A stretch of DNA of 64,000 bases, taken from positions 231,951 through 295,950 of the forward strand of contig JAZKJH010000002.1 in assembly GCA_040384485.1 (NCBI GenBank), read 5' to 3'. The position numbers were made by a program, and so were the translations under genes. Numbering within the stretch: position 1 is the first letter of the stretch; every line of letters begins with the position of its first letter. The notes beneath the pieces were generated by a model. It saw only the letters and a program-made list of their open reading frames with translations. It was not told where the DNA came from and searched no databases. This DNA comes from Patescibacteria group bacterium (GTDB lineage: Bacteria; Patescibacteriota; Minisyncoccia; Phycocordibacterales; DATDWN01). This document shows, piece after piece, positions 63,368 through 64,000 of the stretch.

Positions 63368-64000
63368 TTATAAATTACTCATTGCTTCAAATATCAGAAT
63401 TTCATTTTCTTCAACTTCTTTCATTTTGTTTATAATATCTAGATTAAATTGAAGTGTATCTTGTTCTAGATCAAATGTAACAAAAGATAAGTACTTTTCT
63501 TTAAAAAGTTTTGCTAGCTCCATTGAAAGTCCATTTTTTAGCATACAGATAACTTTTTTATCCGAAGTTCCATATTTTACCTGGTCATAGAAGTCGTCAT
63601 CAATTAAACCTAATTCATTTAGTATTTCTATGTATTTCATTATGTTAAAGTCGACAAATTCTTGCTCCTCTTTGATCTTTGCAATAGCCAAGTTTACCCT
63701 TTGAGTTTCGTTTTTCTGGCTTATATTTACAAAAAGTTTTTTGTGTCCATCTCGAACTTCGTCACCCCATTTTGAACCAACATATATTATCGGGTCTCTT
63801 TCTTCCTCACGGCCTTTCCAATAATGGAGAAAGTTATTAATCATTAAAGGATAGGGTGACCCCTTCATTCTCCATGCTATAAACATTTCGTAAAAATTCT
63901 TGGTCTTCTCCTCCTGAAGTCGAGCAATGTTATCTGTATTGTTTGCTAAAGTTATTCCAAAAAAGAATATGCTACCAATGGCCGAAAGAAGAGCTTTGGG
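63368..64000 (-). CDS. hypothetical protein, 5'-partial
   Basis: The reading frame is open from the window edge (…KALLSAIGSIFFFGITLANN… looks signal-peptide or TM-like) through the track's MFIAWRM start. The true start probably lies beyond the window. Confidence 0.5.
   Translation of the reverse strand, partial: PKALLSAIGSIFFFGITLANNTDNIARLQEEKTKNFYEMFIAWRMKGSPYPLMINNFLHYWKGREEERDPIIYVGSKWGDEVRDGHKKLFVNISQKNETQRVNLAIAKIKEEQEFVDFNIMKYIEILNELGLIDDDFYDQVKYGTSDKKVICMLKNGLSMELAKLFKEKYLSFVTFDLEQDTLQFNLDIINKMKEVEENEILIFEAMSNL

Noticed and set aside
1-64000. Transposase, integrase, phage or tRNA genes
   Set aside because: No ORF shows transposase (DDE), recombinase or phage structural signatures. 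By eye I found no convincing tRNA cloverleaf or GGTTCGAATCC-type T-loop in the intergenic regions. A tRNAscan or Infernal run would settle this.

Overview
The window is AT-rich and very gene-dense. Most genes are on the minus strand, few have database-recognisable function, and several encode secreted or peptidoglycan-binding proteins. This resembles a reduced-genome bacterium (Patescibacteria/CPR-like is a guess); the standard genetic code gives long ORFs. Recognisable genes are a CapA-like metallophosphatase, an M23 peptidase with two peptidoglycan-binding domains, NAD kinase, an HATPase_c anti-sigma-like protein, a BtpA-family protein, a csoR metal-sensor operon with an HMA-domain membrane transporter, an HI0933-type flavoprotein, an ABC-F ATPase, HPPK (folK), a TrmB regulator, a SET-domain protein, a PhnB/VOC protein, two SRPBCC proteins, SGNH, EVE, SanA, TPR and HAD proteins, two S51 (PepE-like) peptidases, a DUF3494 ice-binding-like protein with a peptidoglycan-binding domain, a DnaQ-like exonuclease and an alkyltransferase-like (ATL) protein. 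The main candidate for a novel system is a three-gene minus-strand cluster at 21989-32075. It holds two tandem giant paralogues (1474 and 1399 aa), each with HEAT-like N-terminal repeats, about eight copies of a ~45-aa TGI(K/E)PD(F/Y) module and a conserved C-terminal domain carrying an SGDLGDSCHT...HESMA motif. Their first ~105 coding nucleotides and their TTGTAA-17-TAAAAT promoters are essentially identical. A protein-kinase-fold-like gene follows immediately downstream. A second notable signal is a palindrome family, (T/C)(T/C)ACATAGG-N5-CCTATGT(A/G)(A/G), sitting just upstream of conserved TTGACAAaTTAC promoters for several consecutive minus-strand genes (ATL, a Rossmann-like protein and membrane proteins); this looks like an uncharacterised regulon. 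Other observations are a GC-rich structured leader with a tiny Cys-containing ORF and an intrinsic terminator between csoR and the HMA transporter, and a perfect CsoR-type operator (ATACCCCC-T-GGGGGTAT). There is also a twice-occurring CCAAGGGCATCCCTTGG hairpin, two leaderless-type TGGTATAAT-N6-ATG starts, and many single-gene islands that are visibly richer in G+C than the AT-rich background. I found no CRISPR array, transposase, integrase or rRNA, and could not pick out any tRNA by eye.
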